This document shows positions 55,560 through 64,000 of a stretch of DNA of 64,000 nt, one piece after another. Source of the stretch: Synechococcus sp. (lineage in GTDB: Bacteria; Cyanobacteriota; Cyanobacteriia; Thermostichales; PCC-7336); the NCBI GenBank assembly GCA_051439605.1, contig JBFRWN010000016.1, positions 1-64,000 of the forward strand, given 5' to 3'. The translations under genes were made by a program, and so were the position numbers. Within the stretch, counting starts at the first letter, position 1. Every line of letters starts with the position of its first letter. Below the pieces are notes generated by a model. That model saw only the letters and a list, made by a program, of their open reading frames with translations, was not told the DNA's origin and searched no databases.

Positions 55560-55626
55560 AGGGCAGCAGGGGAGCGAAGGCAGGGGAATTGTAGTGGGAA
55601 TGCTGTTTGGGGGAGCAGACTATTGC

Positions 55627-56724
55627 CTAGAGAACAGCTGCTAGGTCGGTCGAAGCGCTACCGCTCTCTGGCCCGTCCCGTTCTAGACCTTCACCAGGTA
55701 GTACCGACAATTCGTAGGTGCAGAAGGCGGGCTTTTCCTGTTCGATGATGGTGCGCACTAAAGCTTCGTCCAGAGGAAGGTCAGGGGGGGGACGCAAGAT
55801 GACCGAGAAGTGAAAGGGACGGTCTCCCCCCACAATGGCATTGACCCCCATCCTGCTTTTTCCCAGTGTCAATCCTTCTGCTGCCCGATCTTGAATCTCA
55901 ATAAACGGGTAACCGTCTGGGCTCGCTCCTGTTAGGGGCAGGCTGGTGTAGAGGTGTAGGTACAGTCGCAACCCTCTCCGGGTCCCCCGCCAGCGATAGA
56001 TCTCTAGCGCTCGGTGAATCAGCTGGCGCTGCTGGGGGATGGACCAGCGAGCATCGAGCGGCCACCCCACCCACTCAGCCAAAAAAGGCAATAGTGCTTC
56101 TGGAGCTGTGAGCGGATCGAGGTGAGCCCACATCGCGTTCAGAGTGTGAACGGCTGGCTCAAACGCCTGTTCGAACAGTGCCAGTAGGCGTCCGATAAAG
56201 TCCACCTCCCGATAGAGATTGGGAACAAAGTTTAGATAGAGACTGGGGGGTCTGACAGAAACAGTAAGGATGGCAGTCTCCTGCAGTTGTCGACCGGAGG
56301 TTCCCTCTAGGGCGATCGCCCTCAGGTGAAGCCGGTAGTCTAGCTGCTGAGGCCCGGCAGCTGGCAGGATGTCGTAACGTTCAAAAAAGTTAGCGGGAAC
56401 GTCAAAGAACATCACCGCTGTCGTACCCTGTCGGGGATCCAACTCCGCAGTTTCCAGTGTCAAGCTGTACCATGCAGCCGGGAAATCTCCTTCTACCTGC
56501 AGGAAAACCTGCAGAGGGCGATCTCCGCTGTTACTCAGATTGATGACTAATTCCCCCCGTTGACCGGGTCTGACCAAGAGGGTGGTGCCGCCAACGCGTT
56601 CGCTGCTACCCTCCAAAATTCCTACTCTTTCTGGAGCGATGGCGGCGAGGTCGGGTGCAGCCTCCGGTACCTGCATTGGGGTAAGGTACAGTCCCAGCGA
56701 TCGCTGCAGTTGAGCTTGCGTCAA
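55627..56724 (-). CDS. Phage tail / baseplate wedge protein (P2 gpI-like, TIGR02242-type) with an N-terminal Ig-like extension
   Basis: YLNFVPNLYRE.DFIGRLL..LDPLTAP..LPFLAEWVGW..YRWRGTRRGL..IIEQEKPA. Confidence 0.85.
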   Translation of the reverse strand: MTQAQLQRSLGLYLTPMQVPEAAPDLAAIAPERVGILEGSSERVGGTTLLVRPGQRGELVINLSNSGDRPLQVFLQVEGDFPAAWYSLTLETAELDPRQGTTAVMFFDVPANFFERYDILPAAGPQQLDYRLHLRAIALEGTSGRQLQETAILTVSVRPPSLYLNFVPNLYREVDFIGRLLALFEQAFEPAVHTLNAMWAHLDPLTAPEALLPFLAEWVGWPLDARWSIPQQRQLIHRALEIYRWRGTRRGLRLYLHLYTSLPLTGASPDGYPFIEIQDRAAEGLTLGKSRMGVNAIVGGDRPFHFSVILRPPPDLPLDEALVRTIIEQEKPAFCTYELSVLPGEGLERDGPESGSASTDLAAVL

Positions 56725-56806
56725 ATCGACTCCTCACCCGATTGGGGATTGGCTGGTACATTTCTGCCAGGCAGAGGGATTGCTCTCAAATCGGCGATCG
56801 GGCCTC

Positions 56807-59014
56807 TCACGTGACAAAGGTAATGGTGTGGCTGGAGCCTAATTGCGGATCGTGCCAGGAGCAGGGCAGTTCCAAAGGACTCAGAGGAATCGAGCGCTGG
56901 TTCGCGAGCGTGCGCACCCAGTTCCCCTGCGGTTGCTGCCGCAGTTGAAATAGCTGAATATCTCCCAGGTATCGCAGCCCCTCGATACCCTGAAATACTG
57001 CCGCAACACTGGAGGCATGCACTGTGTTGCCAAAGGACCATCCCTTACCATCAGGCCCGCCCACCAGCGGGTTGAGCCCGCGATACAGGACAGCCAGCAA
57101 CCTCTGGCGCAGATCCTGCTTGGCTGCCTCAGTGTTGTATTCGGGGGCAATCCCTACCTCTGCCTGAACGGATACCCCAACATAGGTCGGTTGTTGCAAG
57201 CGGGCTCGTACCCCCAACAGACAGCGTTCGTGCAGGTAAGCCAGCAGGTCTTCCTCCAAGACCGGGTTTATGGCCAATCGATCGGGGTGAAGCCCCTCCG
57301 TGGCAATCGCACCGGTGTTGGCTTGAGGAACGATCCACACATCGATCGTTCCGGGGGTGGCGGCTTTGCCGCTTAGGGGGGGACAGAAAGCCCGCGCCAC
57401 CCGACCGGCACTTCCCTCAAGAGCGAGGGTTTCAAAGTCCTCCGGTGTGACTGCGCGATTGCGAGTGCGAAACAGGCGGGGCACCCGCAGTACGGCATCT
57501 TCAAGCGACTCGGCATCCTCACCGTTGTGGGCCGGCTTGTAGTTAGTCACTTCAGACACGTACGGCACGGCAGTTTTCAGAGTATTCAAGGTGCCTGATT
57601 GAACGTTGCCCGCTCGACCGCCCCCCGTGCGATAGGCTGCCATGCGAATCTGAGCCCCTCGCTGCGGCACTGCACCGTACTGTCGTTCCTGGACCTGCCG
57701 GTTTAGAGCGCTGCCGTCCGTGGGGAGAGCCACCGCCCCATCCATCTGTATCCGCGTTCGTAATTGGGTCTCAGCCCGCAGTTGACCGGGCTCGCGCACG
57801 AGCGGCCCAAACAGCACTTCACCGGTAAGGGAATCCAGCACGTAGTGAAGATCCTCCGGACCGGATTCGGCGAAATCACTCACCTCCTGCCAAACTTCGG
57901 GCATGCCAGTGGATGGGGGCGTGACCACCAAATGTTCTCCAGGTCGGCGAGCCAATACCGGTCGCTCTTGCAGTGCAAACCGCTGTCCGGAGGTACCGTC
58001 GCTCTCCCCCAGTAGTTCGTCCCTGACAACTGTGTACTGGCTTGCTGCGATCGTGCCACCGATCGATCTCGCTGACAGCCCCATCAACTGGGGGGAGGCC
58101 AAATAGCTCGTACCACTATCTGCCTCCTGGGTACAGACACAACGCAGCCAGTGGCCGCGATACCCCGAGAACGTTGACACTGGCCAGCGAGTGGGTAAAT
58201 GCAACAGTATGTCCGCCTCGGTTACGGCATTGGGTTCCTGCGCACCCGGCACATCGCTGAAACTGAATCCCTTCGTTTTGTCATCTACTCCTTGCCTCAA
58301 AACGGGTTGCCACTTATGGCCATCCCAGGCTTCCCAACGGCGGGGGGGACAGTCGGGGTTGATGCCAGTGGATGTTGCCACCTGACCGGTTGCCGTCACC
58401 GCGATCGCGTTCCCTTCAATGTCCGAGTTGGGGGTGAAAACGAGGTAAAAGCAATTACCGGACTGGGGGCGTTCGTTGAAAATGAATTGCTCCGGTCCGG
58501 ACCAACTTCCATCTGACTCTTGCGTCCAAATGTCAGCGAAGCAATCGTCTAGCTCGTCGGGCTGCAAGTCAGCAGTTTCTGCCCGCAAGAAATGTTGAAT
58601 GCGAGGCACTCCGACAGTTAGCGGAAGGTCGGTGCTAAAGACAATGGCTTCCTCCGTCTCCGTTCGCGCTGTCGCTACTTCGGTGCCAGCGAGAATTGCA
58701 TAGGGCTCGGGTAGACTGGCTGCCAAATAAAAAGAAATATCGGTTTGGGCAGGAGCAGGAGGTTGTAGCCGAATTCCCAAAACCTCCAGAAATGTGACGT
58801 AATTACGGCGAGGCACCTGGTTGAACCGCAGCAGCATTTGGTCCGTTAACCAGGCAAACAATTCCACCAATGTGATGCCGGGATCGCTGGGGTTGTAATT
58901 GGTCCACTCGGGACAGTAGCGGGGAATGCGCAGCAGGCATTCTTGCACCAGATCTTGAAAGGTGCGATCGTCCAAGTCTGATTTGGGCAGGTTGGGTAGA
59001 AAATCGAATTTCAC
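56807..59014 (-). CDS. Baseplate assembly protein (gpJ/gp6-like, TIGR02243-type)
   Basis: LDDRTFQDLV..IPRYCPEWTNYNPSDPGITLVELFAW, YRTGGGRAGNV, DAESLED..RAVTPEDFE, GWSFG. Confidence 0.92.
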   Translation of the reverse strand: MKFDFLPNLPKSDLDDRTFQDLVQECLLRIPRYCPEWTNYNPSDPGITLVELFAWLTDQMLLRFNQVPRRNYVTFLEVLGIRLQPPAPAQTDISFYLAASLPEPYAILAGTEVATARTETEEAIVFSTDLPLTVGVPRIQHFLRAETADLQPDELDDCFADIWTQESDGSWSGPEQFIFNERPQSGNCFYLVFTPNSDIEGNAIAVTATGQVATSTGINPDCPPRRWEAWDGHKWQPVLRQGVDDKTKGFSFSDVPGAQEPNAVTEADILLHLPTRWPVSTFSGYRGHWLRCVCTQEADSGTSYLASPQLMGLSARSIGGTIAASQYTVVRDELLGESDGTSGQRFALQERPVLARRPGEHLVVTPPSTGMPEVWQEVSDFAESGPEDLHYVLDSLTGEVLFGPLVREPGQLRAETQLRTRIQMDGAVALPTDGSALNRQVQERQYGAVPQRGAQIRMAAYRTGGGRAGNVQSGTLNTLKTAVPYVSEVTNYKPAHNGEDAESLEDAVLRVPRLFRTRNRAVTPEDFETLALEGSAGRVARAFCPPLSGKAATPGTIDVWIVPQANTGAIATEGLHPDRLAINPVLEEDLLAYLHERCLLGVRARLQQPTYVGVSVQAEVGIAPEYNTEAAKQDLRQRLLAVLYRGLNPLVGGPDGKGWSFGNTVHASSVAAVFQGIEGLRYLGDIQLFQLRQQPQGNWVRTLANQRSIPLSPLELPCSWHDPQLGSSHTITFVT

Positions 59015-59424
59015 TGCTCCTCCCCTGTCGGGAGCAAGTAGAAGGGATAGACCATGCTGCGGCGCTCGTAATCACCCTTAGCGCAATAGTCCAAGGAAAT
59101 ATCCACCCGCCCCCGCATCGGATCGGGCTCTGTCATAATCCCCACCAGTTCCACCCTGGGTTCCCACCGCTCGATCGCCTCCCGCACGTACAGTCGTATG
59201 CGGCGGAGAGTTTGAGCATTCATTGGGGCAAACGCCAACTCCGAGAGTCGAGAGCCAAAGTTCGGACGGTAGACCCGTTCCCCCAGATTGGTTTTGAGAA
59301 TGATGCGGATTGATTCTTCCAGATTGGGCAGATCGCCGCTCAGCCGGATTCCCCCTTGCACGGTAAGCCGCAGCGGAAACGACCATCCGCGACCGATGTA
59401 GTTCTTGCTGGAACTGTCGGGCAT
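59011..59424 (-). CDS. GPW/gp25-family baseplate wedge protein
   Basis: IGRGWSFP..SIRIILKT..GERVYRPNFGSRL..WEPRV..VYPFYL; GGAGG RBS; overlaps the gpJ start. Confidence 0.93.
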   Translation of the reverse strand: MPDSSSKNYIGRGWSFPLRLTVQGGIRLSGDLPNLEESIRIILKTNLGERVYRPNFGSRLSELAFAPMNAQTLRRIRLYVREAIERWEPRVELVGIMTEPDPMRGRVDISLDYCAKGDYERRSMVYPFYLLPTGEEQ

Positions 59425-59550
59425 GCTGACCTCCGACGGAAACCGCCGTTAGTGTCGTTAGTAACGTATCGAGCCCCTGCCACGATTGCCATTGGCCAAA
59501 AGTCGAAACCCGTCCCCAATCAGGTAATTTCCAATTCCGAACCGCACTTC

Positions 59551-61776
59551 CTACCGTGACAGTGCTGAGGTATCAAGGGGGACAAGCCCCGCTTGTTGCA
59601 GCACGGTCTGTCCTTGGCGGGTACCAAACAGTTCGGCGAACTTTTCACCCATAGGTGGCAGACTGTTGTCCCTGGGATAAACCACCCCGAGTGCGTAGGC
59701 TAGGGGATAGCGACTATCGCTGTTGCGTCGGAAGCGTTCCGACGGCATAAAGTAATTTCCTTTTAAGCCGCAAAGGTCTGTTGTAGGTTGAATCGAGTGG
59801 CCATTCGCCGCGACCAGCGATTGGACGGGGGGACGAGCCTCTGCACCGATCGCCAGAGGGTAGACAGAGCATTGGTTGAAGGCAAGGCTTAACTGCAAAA
59901 ACCCCAACCCGCCCCTCGGGCTGGAGTCCTCGAAATCCCTCAAAATGGACTGCATCATCTCTAAAGGGGGTAATCGATGAATTCGATTTGAGGGGACAAC
60001 CGGCACTGTGCCGCTTCGTAGAACCAGTCGGTTGAAAACGTGGGTTGCTTCAACGGAGTCAGGTCGGTAGAGCCGAACTGACAGACTCGGGCCCCCCACT
60101 GCTTCCCATTGCTCCACCCTACCGCTGTAAAGCTGGCGCACTTGGTCTAAATTGAGGCGACCGTTCAGGCTTTTTGGCAGACTGTTATCCCGTCGGGAGG
60201 TACTAAAGGCGACCAGTATGGCAATGCCGTCATAGGCAATGGCTTTCGACGTGAGGGTGGGGGGTAACTCTCCTACGAGGGGGACAATGGCAAAGTCTGC
60301 CCTGCCGGTTTCTACAGCAGCGATCGCCAACTCCCAAGTATTGCTGGGCTCGAAGTCCAACGCTAACTGAGGCTGAACGTCAGCCAACTGCATTTCTAGG
60401 TCCTGCCCCCCTCGCTGGGTCACCCAACGCACGGTATCCCAAATTCCACTGCGAATTGCTGTGTAGCGATAGCGGCCTGCTGGCACGCTGTCCACGTCAG
60501 ACCAGCGGTTCAGTAGAGGGGCTGTGAACGTTTGCTGGCGATCGGAGGGCCGCAACCATTTCAGCAGCATGAATCCAGCCAGTCCTAATAGACCGAGGGC
60601 GATGAGTGCTGTGACGATCGCAAATAGCAGAAACAGCCATCGAGGCTGCCGTTGCTCGGAGGGGGAGTCCGATACCTCGAACGGGATGGATTCTGGTTCT
60701 GCAACCCCTGGCTGGGGCAACTGCTGCCTAGCTTCTGCTGCGCTGGCAAAGGGATCGCCAATCCCCAGCAGCCGCTCGACAAATTGCTGTAGGGGCTGCG
60801 TGTCGGGTGTCCAGCGCTCGTCTTCTGCTAGAAGCTGAGCTCGTTCGGCCGCTTGCATCGGCCGCTGGATGGAGGTGCTGGTTAGCAAGGCATAGCTAAC
60901 CCATCCCAACGCCTCTAGGTCCTCTTTGGGAGAGTGCCGAACAACACTATGGGTCTGTGGGGAGAACAAATCCTCCCATAACGCTAGGTCGCACAGGTAG
61001 ATAAAGGGCTGTCCATCGCGATCGACCCAGAGCAACCTGGATAGGCCAAGATTGCCGCAGCTCATGCCTGCCTGCACCTGGCCAGAGGGGAGCCGAAATT
61101 TTTGTTCGTGCAAGCACTCTAACGTTTGCAAGACCTGATGCAGCACGATGCGGACCTGTTTGGGGACGAACGGCTTATCCATCAATCGAGTACCTAAGGT
61201 CGGTGCCAGATTGAGAGAGTCGGAAATCACATAGCAGCGCTGCTGACGGCGATCGACGATCGCCTCTGTTGGAGCAATCAGCCGCAGATCTGGATTGCGA
61301 CCGTCTGCCAAATTGAGTCCGGCGACATTGGCAAAGCTGCTCTGTCGCAAGCGGGCCTCGTCTGGGTTGAAGTAGCGTTCTGGCAGCAGGTACTCTTTGA
61401 CGGCGATTGCCTGCCCGGAAGTGACCTCGATCGCCGCATACAGACGTCCAAGCCCCCGAGCACCGCGGCATTGTTCGATACGGTACTGTCCTTTTTTCCC
61501 TTGCATCTCGGTCCCTTCCCTTAGTGGAGTGGGGAAGCCACAGGTGGGACATTGGGTTTCCGAAGGTACATTCTGGTTGGCTTGCAGGGCGAAGGTGCAT
61601 TCCAGAGGGTTGTCTTCAACGCATCGGTAGCGGTTATAGGGTAAGGGGACAGATGCATGGGATTTGTCTCCATTGGCTGCGAAGTCGCGGGGAGATAGGG
61701 GAGTGGCTGTTTCCGTCGTAGGTGTAAGCGGATCGGGTTTGAAATTCTCTTGAATCTGTTGTGTGTCTTGTGCCAT
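59551..61776 (-). CDS. Cys-rich N-terminus + degenerate Ser/Thr kinase-like domain + TM + PstS-like substrate-binding domain
   Basis: C-x6-C..CPTC; GARGLGRLY and IAVKE, but HRD and DFG positions read SCGN and DLA; TM LFLLFAIVTALIALGLLGLAGF; IAYDGIAILV..L.LDQVRQLYSG..W and YPLAYAL PBP motifs. Confidence 0.75.
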   Translation of the reverse strand: MAQDTQQIQENFKPDPLTPTTETATPLSPRDFAANGDKSHASVPLPYNRYRCVEDNPLECTFALQANQNVPSETQCPTCGFPTPLREGTEMQGKKGQYRIEQCRGARGLGRLYAAIEVTSGQAIAVKEYLLPERYFNPDEARLRQSSFANVAGLNLADGRNPDLRLIAPTEAIVDRRQQRCYVISDSLNLAPTLGTRLMDKPFVPKQVRIVLHQVLQTLECLHEQKFRLPSGQVQAGMSCGNLGLSRLLWVDRDGQPFIYLCDLALWEDLFSPQTHSVVRHSPKEDLEALGWVSYALLTSTSIQRPMQAAERAQLLAEDERWTPDTQPLQQFVERLLGIGDPFASAAEARQQLPQPGVAEPESIPFEVSDSPSEQRQPRWLFLLFAIVTALIALGLLGLAGFMLLKWLRPSDRQQTFTAPLLNRWSDVDSVPAGRYRYTAIRSGIWDTVRWVTQRGGQDLEMQLADVQPQLALDFEPSNTWELAIAAVETGRADFAIVPLVGELPPTLTSKAIAYDGIAILVAFSTSRRDNSLPKSLNGRLNLDQVRQLYSGRVEQWEAVGGPSLSVRLYRPDSVEATHVFNRLVLRSGTVPVVPSNRIHRLPPLEMMQSILRDFEDSSPRGGLGFLQLSLAFNQCSVYPLAIGAEARPPVQSLVAANGHSIQPTTDLCGLKGNYFMPSERFRRNSDSRYPLAYALGVVYPRDNSLPPMGEKFAELFGTRQGQTVLQQAGLVPLDTSALSR

Positions 61777-62038
61777 TGCCAGACTCGGTTATGCGGTGGC
61801 GGAAAACCATTCACCCCCTCGTAGGGTATCCGGTTGATGGGGGGAAGACCCGATATTTTTTTAGCCTTTACGAGGGGGGCGATTCGAAGCTTGATGGCAT
61901 CTCCAGCTTCTTGATTGCCATAAATTAAGCAACTTGAATTCCCTTTAAGGTTGACTACGTTTCGAGAAAGAAGGTTTTCGTACCTTTGCTGGATAGTTTA
62001 AGCATGGGCAAGATCTTAATGGTACGAGGTTGACCCTA

Positions 62039-62248
62039 ATGGCGCAGGCAGAGGTTGCAAGGCTGTATCGGTCTATCCAAGACGATCCAAAGTTAAGAAT
62101 GAAACTGGGTAGCGCCCTCGATCGCGATGAATTCGTGAATATTGCTCAGTCGTTTGGTTACGATTTCACAGCATCGGAATATCTGGAAAGCATCCGGTTT
62201 AAAGTGGAAGAACTCGATTGCTCAGTTTCTGAAATTCCTGGGATCTAG
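62039..62248 (+). CDS. Nif11-like leader peptide family protein
   Basis: VARLYRSIQDDPKLRMKL..EFVNIAQSFGYDFTASE; GAGG RBS before the ATG at 62039. Confidence 0.75.
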   Translation: MAQAEVARLYRSIQDDPKLRMKLGSALDRDEFVNIAQSFGYDFTASEYLESIRFKVEELDCSVSEIPGI

Positions 62249-62454
62249 CCTCCAAGTGTTGCTATCGAGCAAGCCAACATTTTTCCTCAACGAAGGCAAT
62301 CATCAAACCATCTTTCTGGAAAGGATGGTTTTTTTGTGCGAATGGCTCTTTGTCGATGGCATGACTTCCTTTACAGCAATAACGGGTAAGGCTGTCTGAC
62401 GGTTGGTTTGCTCGCACGGCCGAACGCCGATTGCAGGCCATCGACTGTTTTGAA

Positions 62455-63831
62455 TTACCCGATCGTTTCCTGCATGGAAAGCTCGACGGTAGCACCTTGC
62501 CAATCAGAAAAAACTATTGGCTGAGGTTCAACAGTATAAGATGAGCCAGCTAAGGGATAAAAATTTGGTTCGGTGGGGGTGACATTGTCCTCTAAATCGA
62601 AATTGATGGACAACAAGTCTATTTCCCCAGATCTTACGTCGGTTGGCAGTAATGCTTGATTCCCCCCTTGAATCATCGCAGCATCAGTCCGATCAGGCAA
62701 GAGTACCAGAGCCGAAATAACGGTTGCGCTACCCAACAAAACCGGCCAATAAATCAACTTAGGAATCAGGTTATCCTCATAATCAATCCAATTCAACATG
62801 GGATTATGGCTTCTATTTTCAAGAGAAAACAGGAAGGAATTGACGGAGACTCCCAGTAAGGCAATGTACAATAACGGATAAAAATATTCTACATAAACGA
62901 TGCTCGATCCAGCAAATTGCTCTCGAATTTGAACCTGCGATAGCAAGACCACAAAGAACAATCCCGAGCAAACACCAATTACTCCACTGGTATTCATGCC
63001 AAATATCGATGATTGGCTTTCATTTCTTGTGATCATCATCATAGTCGCAAAAATGAGGCAAGCAATAATAAATACAGGTAATATATAAATGACGAATGAG
63101 TTGATAAAGCGGCGTTTAATGATCACATTGTAATAAAGCTCGGGTTGATTCTCTAAATAGCCTCCTTCGTAGATGCCAAATCCTGTATCGTAATCTTGGA
63201 ATTGGTAATCATAGAAAGTCTCTAAAAGATTCCAGTGACCTAGAACAATATTCTTGTCATAGCCAAATGTATCTCCTATTCCCGTTGCTTTATAAGAATA
63301 AAAGTCAGGAACTAAAATGGTATCGCGATCGTAATCATTACTCCAGAATCGGATCCAAACTGTCTTATGATCGAAGGGATATTTTGAGTAGTCGAATTTC
63401 TGTTTTAAAGTTGCCTCAAAATACCATCCAATGACTTCTCGATCGCCCTCGATTATCTCTCGATAAGCAAACGTAGGTTCAATATTGTTTCCACTTTCTA
63501 CGACTTCTGGAAGAACAAATCCGACGGGAATATCTTCTCCAAGGACACCCTCATATTTAGAGCTAGGGTATATCTGCCAAATATAACCTGTAAAGTTAAC
63601 TTCTGTTGAGTTGTTAAATTTAAGTGATTGAATAAAAACCCCGATTGGTACAATGTTTTCTGGCATAGTGGAAAGATTGTTTGACAAAAAACTCTCCACT
63701 TCAGTCTGATTGGTTAGCTGATTGACATTAGGGTTGTATTTTTTCGTTGTATAAATCCAAATCAAGCCAATTGTAATTACAAACAATATAGAGATTGAAT
63801 TAGAGATTTTCCAGCATAGCCCTTTATTCAT
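62455..63831 (-). CDS. Prokaryotic pentameric ligand-gated ion channel (Pro-loop)-like protein
   Basis: VPIGVFIQSLKF..FTGYIWQ, FDYSKYPFD (Pro-loop), W, then IKRR and four TM helices with the M1 proline (YILPVF). ATG at 63831 has an AGGAG RBS; the in-frame stop at 63985-63987 limits upstream extension. Confidence 0.75.
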   Translation of the reverse strand: MNKGLCWKISNSISILFVITIGLIWIYTTKKYNPNVNQLTNQTEVESFLSNNLSTMPENIVPIGVFIQSLKFNNSTEVNFTGYIWQIYPSSKYEGVLGEDIPVGFVLPEVVESGNNIEPTFAYREIIEGDREVIGWYFEATLKQKFDYSKYPFDHKTVWIRFWSNDYDRDTILVPDFYSYKATGIGDTFGYDKNIVLGHWNLLETFYDYQFQDYDTGFGIYEGGYLENQPELYYNVIIKRRFINSFVIYILPVFIIACLIFATMMMITRNESQSSIFGMNTSGVIGVCSGLFFVVLLSQVQIREQFAGSSIVYVEYFYPLLYIALLGVSVNSFLFSLENRSHNPMLNWIDYEDNLIPKLIYWPVLLGSATVISALVLLPDRTDAAMIQGGNQALLPTDVRSGEIDLLSINFDLEDNVTPTEPNFYPLAGSSYTVEPQPIVFSDWQGATVELSMQETIG

Positions 63832-64000
63832 CTTCGAATCTCCTGGTAAATTGAATTGAGTCCCTGCTTGAAATACGAACTCATAAGCTGCTCCAATGAC
63901 AAGAAATACTGTTCCGGTCACGCAGCTAACGGGTAAAAGGATTCTGCGACGTAGGCTGCCGAAGAGACATTGCGATCCTCTGCATTACTGTGCTGCGAGC

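Noticed and set aside
55627..59424. Prophage interpretation of the tail/baseplate genes
   Set aside because: No capsid, terminase, portal, integrase or lysis genes; the genes carry HIP1 sites and sit among host-like membrane proteins.

Overview
Cyanobacterial chromosome segment: HIP1 GCGATCGC is frequent through most of the window, and it carries argZ/agrE, a cyanobacterial-type putA and a Nif11 peptide. From left to right: the end of an IS transposase, a degraded MNT-HEPN toxin-antitoxin pair, a SNF2 helicase, an acyl-CoA synthetase, and argZ and putA separated by a copper-ATPase/MerR island. Next come an oxygenase-rich biosynthetic operon (22.6-30.9 kb: two Rieske oxygenases, a ferritin-like diiron protein, a CylC/AurF-like dimetal enzyme, ferredoxin, desaturase, acyltransferase, GH3 ligase), an MFS transporter, a BNR beta-propeller protein and a two-component pair. 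A patchwork region follows with two integron attC-like sites, katG and a PAS-GAF-GGDEF-EAL gene. Near the end are a 14-kb minus-strand gene run that pairs contractile-injection-system baseplate genes (gp25, gpJ-like, gpI-like) with membrane-anchored Ig/WD40/Cache/pseudokinase-PstS proteins but has no sheath, tube or spike gene in the window, then a Nif11-type peptide and a pentameric ligand-gated-channel-like gene. The best candidates for an undescribed system are the sensor-coupled baseplate operon and the carrier-protein-free halogenase/oxygenase cluster. All family calls come from motif recognition by eye; no database searches were run.
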